Positions 1 through 11,790 of a stretch of 64,000 nt of DNA are shown piece by piece (position 1 is the first letter of the stretch; the number at the start of each line of letters is the position of its first letter). The position numbers were made by a program, and so were the translations under genes. The stretch spans positions 6,798,304 through 6,862,303 of the forward strand of contig NC_090418.1 of assembly GCF_036365525.1 (NCBI RefSeq). The letters are read 5' to 3'. The DNA comes from Heterodontus francisci. Taxonomy: Eukaryota. The notes under the pieces were generated by a model, which made no database searches, had not been told where the DNA came from, and saw only the letters and a program-made list of their open reading frames with translations.

Positions 1-113
1 ATTGTTGTGATAAAAATGTTAGTGGACAATTAAGTTCTGAGCTGTGTGACATTCCCCTGGCTGTGACTTAATGAAGCTGTGAAACAGTTAATTGCAAAAT
101 GAAGTTCACTGCT

Positions 114-939
114 AGAACATAGAACATAGAACATAGAACAGTACAGCACAGTACAGGCCCGTCGGCCCACGATGTTGTGCCGAACCTTTAACCTACTCTA
201 AGATCTAAGTAACTACCTACCCTTCATTCTACTATCATCCATGTACCTATCCAAGAGTCTCTTAAATGTCCCTAATGTATCTGCTTCTACTACCATCGCT
301 GGCAGCGCATTCCACGCACCCACCACTCTCTGTGTAAAGAACCTACCTCTGACATCTCCCCGAAACCTTCCTCCAATCACCTTAAAATTATGCCCCCTGG
401 TGATAGCCCTTTCCACCCTGGGAAAAAGTCTCTGACTATCCACTCTAACTATGCCTCTCATCATCTTGTACCCCTCTATCAAGTCACCTCTCATCCTTCT
501 TCGCTCCAATGAGAAAAGCCCTAGCTCCCTCAATCTTTCTTCGTAGGACATGCCCTCCAGTCCGGGCAGCATCCTGGTAAATCTCCTCTGCACCCTCTCT
601 AAAGCTTCCACATCCTTCCTATAATGAGGCGACCAGAACTGAACACAATATTCCAAGTGTGGTCGAACCAGGGCCTTATAGAGCTGCAGCATAACCTCGC
701 GGCTCTTAAACTCAATCCCCCTGTTAATGAAAGCCAACACACCATATACCTTCTTAACAACCTTATCAACTTGGGTGGCAACTTTGAGCGATCTATGGAC
801 ATGGACCCCAAGATCCCTCTGTTCCTCCACAGTACCAAGAATGCTGTCTTTAAGCCTGTATTCCGCATTCAAATTCGCCCTTCCAAAATGAATCACTTCA
901 CACTTTTCCAGGTTGAACTCCATCTGCCACCTCTCAGCC
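114..939 (-). mobile_element. Young 5'-truncated CR1-clade LINE (ORF2 C-terminus and (TTCTATG)n tail)
   Basis: Uninterrupted WAERWQMEFNLEKC...LVRPHLEYCVQFWSP...LGLFSLERRRMRGDLIE; flanked by CACTGCT at 107-113 and 940-946. Confidence 0.95.
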
Positions 940-1312
940 CACTGCTGCGTGACAAGGATGCAACACATTTTAATCCATTTTGTTCAAATATCAACTTGGA
1001 TAAATCTACACTGGAGTCTGACCAATGATCACATCTCAGAGCAGGGCAGAGACCTGAACTGCTCAGAAAGTCCTTGCTCCAATCAGTTTGTTTGTTCATG
1101 CAGATGATTGCATTCTCTCACTAATATCACCCAGAGGAAATTTGCACCTTTACCCATTTTGGAACACAGGAGAAGCAGCCAATGAGCAGCCGGATAGTGC
1201 AGTGAATGGATTTAGGTTTGGGAATTGTGAACAGTTTCACTCTGCATTACTGTTTCTGGAGCTTTAAACATGCAACAATCGGATAAAAAATTCTCGTCAT
1301 TAAAATATTTAC

Positions 1313-1335
1313 CACTGTATTTCCTACCCTTTTCC
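1313..1335 (-). other. Copy A atypical 23-nt exon
   Basis: Identical to 48572-48594, which makes a one-off sequencing error unlikely. Confidence 0.45.
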
Positions 1336-2832
1336 CTTGGGGTGCGGGGAGGCAGGGAAACAGATTTGTGTTAAGATTGCAGAGAATCAAGTGAAGATTC
1401 ACATTTTCAACACAATCAGTTCAGCAATTGAAACATTCAGTATTGCATGGATTCGGGATTGGTGTGGAAATTTCAATCATTAACTTGACGTTACCATTGA
1501 TACTGATTTGATTTAAGCTTGTTCATCTCCGCACTCTCTCATACAAATGTCTAACCTCTTGCACCAAAAGCAGGGAGTAAAATAGTTATTCATCTCTGTT
1601 TTCCCAAAGTATGGATTTTTAAAATTTTTTATGAGCGAATTAATTTTATCATTCACAGTGGCTTGATTTGACCGTTTAATTTTTCTGCCTGAATCTTTTT
1701 GATAAATGCATTAGTGGACTGTTATAACATTGTCCTGACCACTACTTAATGCAACTGTTAAACATTTCAGTGGAAACAAAAATGTTTACTCCGACATGAT
1801 AAAGATACAGCACTTTTTAATCAATGTCGAAATATGAATTTGGATAAATCTACACTGGGGTCTACCCAATGATCACATCTCAGGACAGGACAGAGACCTG
1901 AGCTGCTCTGGAAGACTTTGCTCCAATCGATTTGTTTGTTCTTGCTATTTCTGAATGTATCCTGTCCAGCAGGAAGATGAAAGCCTTTCAAAAAATGTCA
2001 TAGATACAAGTCATTTTATTCATTGCATTATTGAGAGCTACCATACAATCTCTGTGGTGGTTGTCATTGGGTACTGTGTCTATATTCTATTCATGTTCAC
2101 CCCCTGACATATTTTATGAAATATCTTAAATTTATGTCCTCCTGTTACTGGCCCTCCTGCCAGTGGAAACAATTTCTCCTTGTTTACCCAATCAAAAACT
2201 GTCTTAATTCTGCACATCGGGATTAAATCTCCCCTTAACTTTCTTTCCTCAAAGGGGAACAATCCCCACTTCTCTACTCTCTCTCCATCACTGAAGTCCT
2301 TGTGTTGAGCACTTGCTGTTGAAGGATGTTTGAGCAGAAATCCGCCTCTGCTGCAGTTGTGACCCTGCTCCGTGTTGCCTGGGATTTTGTGTCCCTCCGG
2401 CACATGGCCAGGATTCCAGGGATTTTCCGCTGTCCCAGCATTGAATTGAAACTGGAACACTCCCAGTGTAATCACTGTGTGATCGGGGAAATTCAGACTT
2501 CCTGGGCAGGAGCTGAACACAACCACTGCAGGTTTTGAAAGTGGTCGCTAAACTTCTCGTCCGGGACCAGCTTGGAGGTTGGGAATTTCGTGCTGTGAAA
2601 TGGTGGGAGACGGTCAGATGAATGCATTCTGTCACTAATATCAATCAGGAAATTGAGACATTTAACTGTTTTAGTTCAGATGAGGAGCAGCCAATGAGCA
2701 GCGGGATGGTGCAGTGTGGGGATTGGTGTGTGGGTATTGGGAACAGTATCTATCAGAGTGTCTGCATTATTGCTTTTGGAGATTAAAACACGCAAAATAT
2801 TGACAATAAGTTCTCAGACTAATAATATTTAC

Positions 2833-2856
2833 CATGGCCTCCAGGAAGATAATCTC
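2833..2856 (-). CDS. Copy A micro-exon GDYLPGGH
   Basis: Identical to 50092-50115. Confidence 0.8.
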
Positions 2857-3685
2857 CTGTGTGGAAAAACAAATTTGTGTTAACACTGTCTGCTGAGATT
2901 CAAGTGGAGATTCACATTTTGAACACAATCAGTTCAGTAATTGAAACATTCAGTCTTGCACTGATCAGGAATTGAAGTCGATCTTTCAAACATGAAATGG
3001 ACATTTTCATTAATACTGATTTCGTTTAAGATTATTCATCTGTGCACCCTCTCCTACGAACATCTAACCTCTTGCACCAAACTCAGGGACTCAACTAGTT
3101 GTTCATCTCTGTTTACACAAAGTGCTTTTAAAAAAAATCTTTACAAACTAAATCTATTTTACTTATGGCACCCTCTTTATGCCAATGTTTATACCTTTAC
3201 TCGCTTAATTGTTGTGATAAAAATGTTAGTGGACAATTAAGTTCTGAGCTGTGTGACATTCCACTGGCCGCGACTTAATGAAGCTCTTAAACAGTTAATT
3301 GCAGAATAAAGTTCACTGCTGTGTGACAAGGATGCAACACATTTTAATCCATTTTGTTCAAATATCAACTTGGATAAATCTAACACTGGGGTCTGACAAT
3401 GATCACATCTCAGGGCAGGGCAGAGACCTGAGCTGCTCAGAAAGTCCTTGCTCCAATCAGTTTGTTTGTTCATGCAGATGATTGCATTCTCTCACTAATA
3501 ACACCCAGAGGAAATTTACACCTTTACACCTGTTTTGGAACACAGGAGAAGCAGCCAATGTGCATCATGATAGTGCAGTGAAGGGATTTGGGTTTGGAAT
3601 TGTGAACAGTTTGGCTCTGCATTGTTTCTGGAGATTTAAACATGCAACAATCGGACAAAAATATTCTCGTCAGAAAAATATTTAC

Positions 3686-3709
3686 CTTTGTCTTTCTTAT
3701 CTTTTTTCT
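3686..3709 (-). CDS. Copy A micro-exon EKKDKKDK (G in copy B)
   Basis: cag|AGAAAAAAGATAAGAAAGACAAAG|gtaaat. Confidence 0.75.
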
Positions 3710-4421
3710 CTGTGGCGGGGAAACAGATTTGTGTTAAGATTGCAGAGAAGCATGTGAAGATTCACATTTTCGACACAATCAGTTCAACAATTAAAACATT
3801 CAGTATTGCACAGATTAGAAATTGGTGTGGAACTTTCAAACATTAACTTGACATGACCATTCATACTGATTTCATTTCAGCTTGATCATCTCCGCACTCT
3901 CTCATACAAATGTCTAACCTCTTGCACCAAAAGCAGGGAGTAAAATAGTTATTCATCTCTGTTTTCCCAAAGTATGGATTGGTTAAAATTTTATGAGCTA
4001 ATTCATTTTACCATTCACTGCGGCTTGATTTCAACAGATAAATCTTCTGCCTGAATCTTTGTGATAAATGCCTTACTGGACAGTTGTAAATTTCCCTTGT
4101 CCACTACTTAATGCAACTGTTAAACATGTCAGTGGAAAAATCAAGTTCATTCCAGTATTGTAAAGACGCAGCACATTTTAATCAATGTTGAAAGATCATC
4201 TCAGATAAATCCACATTGCGATCTGGCCAATGATCACATCTCAGGACAGGTCAGAGACCTGAGCTGCTCAGAAAGTCTCTGCTCCAATGAGCAGCGGGAT
4301 GGTACAGTGAAGGGATTTGGGTTTGGTAATTCTGAACAGTTTCACTCATAGTCTACAATTTTGTCTTCGCGAGATTAAACATGCAAAAATTGACAATAAA
4401 TTCTCAGAATGCAATATTTAC

Positions 4422-4436
4422 CATCGGCAATGGGAT
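4422..4436 (-). CDS. Copy A exon 2, DPIAD
   Basis: Identical to 51681-51695. Confidence 0.8.
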
Positions 4437-4712
4437 CTGTGGAGAGAAACAGATTTGTGTTAAGATTGCCTGCTGCACAATCTCAGCATTTGTTTTCATT
4501 GGGGTGTGTGTCTCCTTTCTATTCACGTTCGCCTCTGTGCCATTTTTGTGAATTTTCTGAAATCTGTGCCCTCTAGTTACCGACCCTTCTGACAGTGGAA
4601 ACAGCGGGTGCCCTCCCTGTGTTATCGAATCACAAGCTGATTGACCAGAGTTTGGGATTTCTTGAGCAGGATTGGAAATGAGTTGTTGTTGCTTTTCGTA
4701 GAGTCAAGAGGT

Positions 4713-5062
4713 GGGCGGCACAGTGGCGCAGTGGTTAGCACTGCAGCCTCACAGCTCCAGGGACCCGGGTTTGATTCTGGGTACTGCCTGTGTGGAGTTT
4801 GCAAGTTCTCCCTGTGTCTGCGTGGGTTTTCTCCGGGTGCTCCGGTTTCCTCCCACATGCCAAAGACTTGCAGGTTGATAGGTTAATTGGCCATTATAAA
4901 TTGCCCCTAGTATAGGTAGGTGGTAGGGAACTATATAGGGACAGGTGGGGATGTGATAGGAATATGGGATTAGTGTAGGATTAGTATAAATGGGTGGTTG
5001 ATGGTCGGCACAGACTCGGTGGGCCGAAGGGCCTGTTTCAGTGCTGTATCTCTAAACTAATC
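4713..5062 (+). mobile_element. tRNA-derived HE1/V-SINE in intron 1
   Basis: A box TGGCGCAGTGG, B-box-like GGTTTGATTC, V-SINE core (gtctgcgtgggttttctccgggtgctccggtttcctcccaca), CR1-like tail gggccgaagggcctgtttc. Confidence 0.9.
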
Positions 5063-5074
5063 TGGATTGGATCC

Positions 5075-6015
5075 TCAATTCTTCACTGTATTTAACAATG
5101 ACTTATGGGACAGCAAGCCACATTTCCAAATTAGGGGGCATTGCAAGCAGTGTAGATGGAAGAGTAAAATTACAAAGAGCTATTGTTACATTAAATGATG
5201 AAATGAAACAGTAACAAATGGGTTTCAATGTAGACAGATGTGAGGTTAACCATATGGGCTTAAAAAGCATAGAACAGGAAAGTTTCTATATGATGAAAAT
5301 GATAGAAACAGTGAATGTCCAAAGATACTTGGGAACCCAGGGACACAGATCATTAAAATGTCCTGAACAACGACGGAAAATAATCAAATAGGCAATGGAC
5401 TACTGGCCTTTATATGGAGAAAATGAAAATACAAGTGGATTGAAGTCATGCTTCAGCTATACACAGCCCTGATTAGACCAAACCTGGAGTTACTGTGAGC
5501 AGTTCTGGGCAACACACCTTAGCTAGGATATATTGGCTTGGAGGGAGTGCAGTGTAGATTTACCAGAATGATGCTTACATTCAAGGGTTAAATTACAAGG
5601 AGCAATTACACACACTAGGGCTGTATTCCCTGGAATTTAGAAGGTTAAGGGGTTAATTGATTGAAGTTTTCAGCAATTAAAGGGAAAATATAGGGTAGGT
5701 GGTGGGAAATTATTTCCGCTGGTGAAGGAGTTCAGGACTCGAGGGAACTGTTCAAAACTTAGAGCCAGATCCTGCAGGAGTGAAATTAGGAAACATTTCT
5801 TCATACACAGGCTGGTAGAAGTTTGGAACTCTCTTCTGCAAATTACAATTAATGCCAAATGAATTGTTAATTTTAAAACAGACATTGTTTTTTTTTCACA
5901 AGTCTTGAGGGATATGGGGCAAAGGCAGGTATATGGAGTGAGTCGCAAATCAGTTATGATCACATTGAATGGCAGAACAGGATCCAAGGGGCTGAATGGC
6001 CTCCTCCTGTTCCTT
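5075..6015 (+). mobile_element. Old degraded CR1 3' fragment (duplicate ~52334-53275)
   Basis: Decayed L.RP.LEYC.QFW-like coding remnant; tail ggggctgaatggcctcctcctgttcct. Confidence 0.8.
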
Positions 6016-6059
6016 TGTTGCTACTGGAATCTCGGTGCTCCACCCAGAGGACACAGTCT

Positions 6060-6205
6060 CAGTCCATGATGTACACCGGACACACAGAGCTCTGTCCAGC
6101 AGCCGCGAGCTCTGTTCATGATGTACACCGGGCACACAGAGCTCTGTCTAGAGGCCGTGAGCTCTGTCTTGATCTACACTGGACACACAGAGCTCTGTCC
6201 AGAGG
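6060..6205. repeat. ~52-bp tandem repeat in intron 1 (3 units in copy A, 2 in copy B)
   Basis: gatgtacaccggacacacagagctctgtc repeated; duplication offset drops by 52 here. Confidence 0.8.
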
Positions 6206-6281
6206 CTGCAAGGACAGGTATTCCATAGTTCCAAAACTGTCTAACATCAGTGAATGAATAAGACAGCACTTTGTTCCTTAC

Positions 6282-6333
6282 CTGCCATGACCCCTGCAAT
6301 CAGGACGAATAGAAGGAGACACAGGTATTTCAT
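6282..6333 (-). CDS. Copy A exon 1, signal peptide MKYLCLLLFVLIAGVMA (gene continues off the left edge)
   Basis: Identical coding sequence to 53489-53540, donor GTAAGG. Confidence 0.9.
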
Positions 6334-6390
6334 GGTTGCGGTGAGTTGTCTGCCAGTTGGTGTGGTGCACTGTACACTGCGGACTCAGGG

Positions 6391-6398
6391 TTTATATA
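6391..6398 (-). promoter_or_regulatory. TATA box of gene copy A
   Basis: Same motif and spacing as copy B. Confidence 0.75.
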
Positions 6399-6851
6399 CA
6401 TTTTATGAACAGACCTGCTGAGCAGGTTTTGGCTCTGTTTAGAACAGGTGACGTTCTGTTTTAAGCTTGAATCAATCTTTCTGACAAGCATGGCAAAGGC
6501 GATGAAATGTCAGCCAAAAGATAAAGCATTAATTGGATCACCGAGGAGCATGTGCTCATTTTTCTGGCTACCAACCCCGGCCTGTCCAATCTATGAGAAT
6601 CCACGGGCATACTGAAACAAGGCCCCTGTTTTAGGCAGAAAACAGCAGAGGGTGAGTTTCTTTGGCTGCGGGTTGGAGGAGGATGGAGGATGTGGGGTCT
6701 CTGCCTTGGCAGTCGTGGAGTTGGGCAGAAGTTTTACAGAAGCTTGTTTACATGTGGGGGCAGTTTATCCACCCAGGGTGTGACGAGGCAGCAGAAAGGA
6801 TCACCTCCCAAATTCAGCAAATTCAAGAAACAGAGTCTAACGACTGTTATC

Positions 6852-8012
6852 AATACACTGACTGGTTCCTCTCCGTCCCTCTCTCTCAGGCTGATATCTG
6901 CACACTGATTTGTGTCTCTCAGTTCCTCTCTCTGTGGGAGATATCCATACACTGACTGGTGTCTGCCAGTCCCTCTCTCTCAGGGTGATATCAGTACACT
7001 AACTGGTGTCTCTTAGTCACGCTCTCTCAGGGGGATATCTGTACACTGATTGATGTCTCTCAGTTCCTCTCTGAGGGAAATATCTGTACACAGATTGATG
7101 TCTCTCAGTTCGTCTCTCTGAGGGAAATATCTGTACACAGATTGATGTCTCTCAGTTCCTCTCTCTGAGGGAGATATCTGTGCACTGACTGGTGTCTCTC
7201 AATCCCTCTCTCACAGAGTGATATCTGTACACTGACTGGTGTCTCTCAGTCCCCTCTCTCTCAGGGTGATATCTGTACACTGACTGGTTTCTCTCAATCC
7301 CTCTGTCACAAAGTCATACCTGTGCACTGACTGGTTTCTCTCAGTCCCCTCTCTCTCTCAAGTTGATATCTGTACACTGACTGGTTTCTCGCAGTCCCCT
7401 CTCTCTTAGGGTGATATCTGTACATTGACTGGTTTCTCTCAATCCCTCTCTCACAAAGTAATACCTGTACACTGACTGGTTTCTCTCAGTCCCCTCTCTC
7501 TCAAGGTGATATCTGTACACAGACTGGTGACTCTCAGTCCCCCCTCTCTCAGGGAGATATCTGTACACAGACTGGTGACTCTCAGTCCCTCTCTCAGAGG
7601 GTGATATCTGTACACTGACTGCAGTCTCCCGTCTCCCCTCTCTCAGAGGGTGATATCTGTACACTGACTGGTGTCTCTCAGTCCCTCTCTCAGAGGGTGA
7701 TATCTGTACACTGACTGGTGACTCTCAGTCCCTCTGTCAGAGGGTGATATCTGTACACTGACTGCAGCTTCTCGTCTCCCCTCTCTCAGGGTGATATCTG
7801 TACACAGACTGGAGGCTCTCAGTCCCTCTCTCTCAGGGTGATATCTGTACACTGACTGGTGTCTCTCAGTCCCCCCTCTCTCAGGGTGATATCTGTACCC
7901 TGACTGCTGTCTCTCAGTCTCCCCTCTCTCAGGGTGATATCTGTACACTTCCTGGTGTCTCTCAATTTCTCTCTCAGAGGGTGAAATCTGTACACTGAAT
8001 TGTGTCTCAGTC
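6852..8012. repeat. ~45-47-bp minisatellite (gtgatatctgtacactgactggtgtctctcagtccctctctctcagg)n
   Basis: About 25 visible units. Confidence 0.95.
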
Positions 8013-8203
8013 CCTCCTTCTCTTCCTTTCTCTTCCTCTCACCAGGCCATGCCTTATGTTATTCTCACTCTTTTACCAGGAATCCTCACCTTCACTAAAC
8101 CTCAAACTCTTCTTTCTCCAGTATTCGTCAATACATCAACTCTTCATCCATATCCTTCTGTCTGGGAAACACTGGTTACAATACATTCAGCTCAAGGAAA
8201 GCA

Positions 8204-8443
8204 CGGGTTCGATACAGACTAAATCTCCCTCTCCACTCTCCCCATCAAACACTCCCAGGACAGGTACAGCACAGGGTTAGATACAGACTAAATATCCCTC
8301 TCCACTCTCCCCATCAAACACTCCCAGGACAGGTACAGCACAGGGTTAGATACAGACTAAATCTCCCTCTCCACTCTCCCCATCAAACACTCCCAGGACA
8401 GGTAGAGCACAGGGTTAGATACATAGTAAAGCTCCCTCTACAG
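8204..8443. repeat. 69-bp tandem repeat, ~3.4 units (duplicate ~55503-55742)
   Basis: gggttagatacagactaaatctccctctccactctccccatcaaacactcccaggacaggtacagcaca repeated. Confidence 0.9.
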
Positions 8444-9664
8444 TGACAGGTGCTGTTATGTAGGCATTGAACCTGGTTCGATCTCAGCCAGATCACAGGG
8501 TCTTTGACCTTGAGGACTGGTCACCGTCAAGTGGAGTGAGTGTGGATTTGATACATGAGTAGAGGAGGTAGACAGTGTCCTGAGATTGTTCAACATGACC
8601 GTATATAGAAATAAAGAGGATCATTGGACCCATTGTTCAGATATGATCTCCCACAATTTTTGTGATTGCCGTCTGGGATTTGAGAGCTTTTTGCAACGTG
8701 TTTCCCTCAATCGCATTAGTCCCTCAACAGTCTTCTCTGTTTGTCCCCCTTGTCTGAGGAGATTGGGTGTCTTGTGTGTGCCGGGTGGAAATGGAGGAGG
8801 GGGCTGATGTGTAGACATCACAGCATCCCCGGGTGAGACAGGTTCAATGCCACAGTCAGCTTTTCCCCATCCTTTTCCCTCTCATTAGAAGTGAGTTCAG
8901 TACTTTTCGAGACACTGTCCCCTTTCATTTTCATATAGTTAAACTACTCATTGCTTGTTTCAATGCCTAGAATGGAAGTTGTTCTCCTTGATTTGCTTTT
9001 TCACAGATGCCACATCATTCTTTGGTGTGCCAGCTCCACCTTGCCCACACTTTACCCACAGAATGTTCATGTGAGTCATTAAATCATTCGAGATAAGGCG
9101 TCTAAGAACACAATGAAAAGGAACAAACAGTCCTCTGATAATCTCTCATGATAGCAAGGTTTTCGAACAAGCTGCATGAGATTCAATCAGGTCCTTTCTA
9201 TGTTCCCCTGCTTGCCAAGATACATGTAGTAACGTGGCACATTAAGAGTGCCACCTGGCAGAGCGGGATTGGGGGAATGTGTAGCGTTGGCTGGGAGGAA
9301 GAGGTGACTTTGGATCTCTGGTTCCTGAAGCTTTCCATCACTGGGGGTTTTCCTCCCCTCATGTCTGAATCTGTTGTCGATTCATTGACAGAGATGCATT
9401 GCTGTGATTGGTCAATAACTCCCTGTACAACATGACTATTAGGATGATAGAAGGTGAACCAGATGGACCTTGATGTGTTTTCATCCAGTAATTCCTGTGT
9501 TAAAGGGGGGAGAAGAGGTTCCTGAAATAAGGACCAGTCCAGAATTCCCTGCATCAATGTCAACAACTGGGAGTTTGTCTGGAAGAGTTTGTGTTTCTTG
9601 AGCTTTTAACTTGTTCTTGGGATCTGGGCAGTGCTGCTAAGGCTGCACTTATTCCTCAACTCTA

Positions 9665-10095
9665 AAAAAAATGTGCATTTCAATCGCACCTTTCTCCAGC
9701 TCAGGATGTTCCAAAAGCAACCAATGAAGTGCTGCCACAGTTGAAATGCAGGAAACACATCACCCAATTTGAGCACAGCAAGCTCCCACAAACAGCAATC
9801 TGGTAATGACTGGAAACAACCTGCTTTTTCGGTGGTGTTGATTGAGTGATAAATATTGACCAGGGGACCAGATGGAGAACTCCTCTGCTCCCATTTCAAA
9901 TGGTGACATAATATCTTTTATATGAGAGGGCTGACTGTGCTTTGTTTTAGCATCTCCTCGAAAAGTCTCCTTGTCTGGCACTGCTGCACTCCCTCAGTGA
10001 TGGTGATAGAGTGTCAGCCTGGATTATGTGTTCATGTTAAGCAAATGGGATTTGAAGCCACAACCTCCAACAGAGGCGAACATGCTACCAACTGA
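9665..10095 (-). mobile_element. Degraded DeuSINE-like SINE (duplicate ~56963-57393)
   Basis: Reverse complement resembles the Deu-domain motif ...aggctgacact...actgagggagtgc; recognised from memory of the family consensus. Confidence 0.6.
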
Positions 10096-11529
10096 ACAGC
10101 TGGGACAGTCAGGGGTCTCAAGGAGAGATTGTCTTTTAGCCACTTCAGGGGATAAGAAGAATCAGCCAGGCAGAATGGAACTGGAGAGACATATAGGCCA
10201 GGACAGGTAGACCTGAAGGATTCCCTTTCCCTGGAGGACATGACCAAACCGGCTGGGTTTCTGTGACCATCTGGCAGTTTCCATAGTTCCTGCACCTTGC
10301 ACACAAATGACCTGATTTATATAATTCAATCACACGATTTACAAGGGGTTCAAACTTGCGACCGCGGAGTGTCAGTTCCGATCCCAGACGCACTGCACTA
10401 CTGTATCTCATTAAATTGACACATCGATGGTGTAACATTCCTGTTCCTTCCTCCTTTTTCCTTGCCGGAACTAAATCTTCCTGGTTTTAGGATCCTGCTG
10501 TTCACGTATGCCTCATTCTATGTACCAAGCCTCACACTGACTGTTAGAATATACAGCCCCGACTGCTGGACATTCACACACGTATCTCCCAGCATAATAG
10601 GTTAACAGCAAGTGCTGTAGGTGAAATACAAAACCATGAAATATGATAATTTAAATATTAGACACCAAAACACAATCTGGGGACACTACCAGGGGCCATT
10701 TAATCACCGGGGAGGACCACATGTTTTCTTTGATAAGTGATTTGATTTGAGAGTTACACCGACAGTTCTCACAATTTTCAGCTGGGCCTTTTCTGTGTTT
10801 TTTTACTTGACCAGAAACCCTGTCCAAGCATCAATGTGGCACCTTCGATATGAGCACTTGTGGAAAGCAAATGGGTCAAGAAACGAGCTGCTTGAATGAA
10901 ACAGGTCAGCTTATCTGATAAACTGTTCTTTCCAAGAGTCTGAGCCTTTGATTGAACAAATAAACACTGATTGTGAGAACTGGAGAAAAGACCTGAGAGT
11001 AGAGTGTTGGCCAGAGTTTAAAGCCCATGAGTTCACAGCATAGGAGGTGGCCAATTTACTGATTGTGCCTTTGCAAGAGTGATCCAGAATTAATCCCACT
11101 GCCCCGCACCTTCCCCACAGCCATGTATCCTCCTCGGTTTCAAATATTTATCCCATTTGCCTTTAAAAGATGCACTGCATTTTTTCTGTACACCGTCTGT
11201 GACAAAGCATTCCACAGGACAACAACCCTCTGCTCACTCTCTCAGTGACAGTTTTGAATTGGAGCCCGAAACCTTTGCTGAAGGATAAGAAATAGCCTTT
11301 CATTAGCGAAACTCTTTCTAATTTTTAAGGTAAATATTAAACCTCCTCTTAACCTTCGCTGATCCCACCGAAATCACCCCAGTTTCCTAAATCTTTTTGT
11401 GTCATGATTTGGTTCTCGTTATTACAGGTTGTATGGTTAATATTTAATATTTTCACACATGTGTAAACAGTCAGTGAAATCAGTCTATTTTCACGCAGAA
11501 CGGTGGAAATATTATCCATAACCACCGGT

Positions 11530-11790
11530 TGAATTTATATAGTGCCTTTACTGTAATAAAACATTCCTAGCAGCTTTGAAAGAGCTTTATAAAGCAAAAT
11601 TTGACACCGAGCCATGCAAGGAGTTGGTAAAACAGGTGACCAAAAACTTGGACAAAGAGGGAGGTTTCAAGGGGCGTTTTGAAGGAGAGAGAGAGAGAGA
11701 GAGATGGAGATGTTGTGGGAGAGAATTCCAGAACATAGGTCACAGGCAGCTGAAGGTACGACCACCAGTGACGGAGGGAGTAAAATGGGG
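11530..11790 (-). mobile_element. L2-type LINE 3' remnant containing a (GA)n tract that differs between the duplicates
   Basis: Homologous to 14250-14640. Confidence 0.6.

Larger units (their letters stand above)
1..4610. repeat. Same exon-bearing array, copy A (5' end of gene)
   Basis: Same unit motifs. Confidence 0.95.

Noticed and set aside
213-968. 251-aa ORF (and its copy at 47472-48227) as a host gene
   Set aside because: It is a truncated CR1 ORF2 C-terminus with a fortuitous start in flanking repeat.
1024-1058. ATGATCA...CTGA motif in many units as a box C/D snoRNA array
   Set aside because: Only ~35 nt between boxes, imperfect C box, no terminal stem, and antisense to the host gene.
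4713-4790. tRNA gene
   Set aside because: It is the tRNA-derived head of a SINE, followed directly by the SINE core and LINE-like tail.
6852-8012. Minisatellite as a CRISPR array or as coding repeats (MYRYH... ORFs)
   Set aside because: No unique spacers, eukaryotic context, unit lengths not a constant multiple of 3.
9198-9566. 122-aa minus-strand ORF upstream of the gene
   Set aside because: No recognisable domain or splice context; its retention in both copies is explained by the recent duplication.
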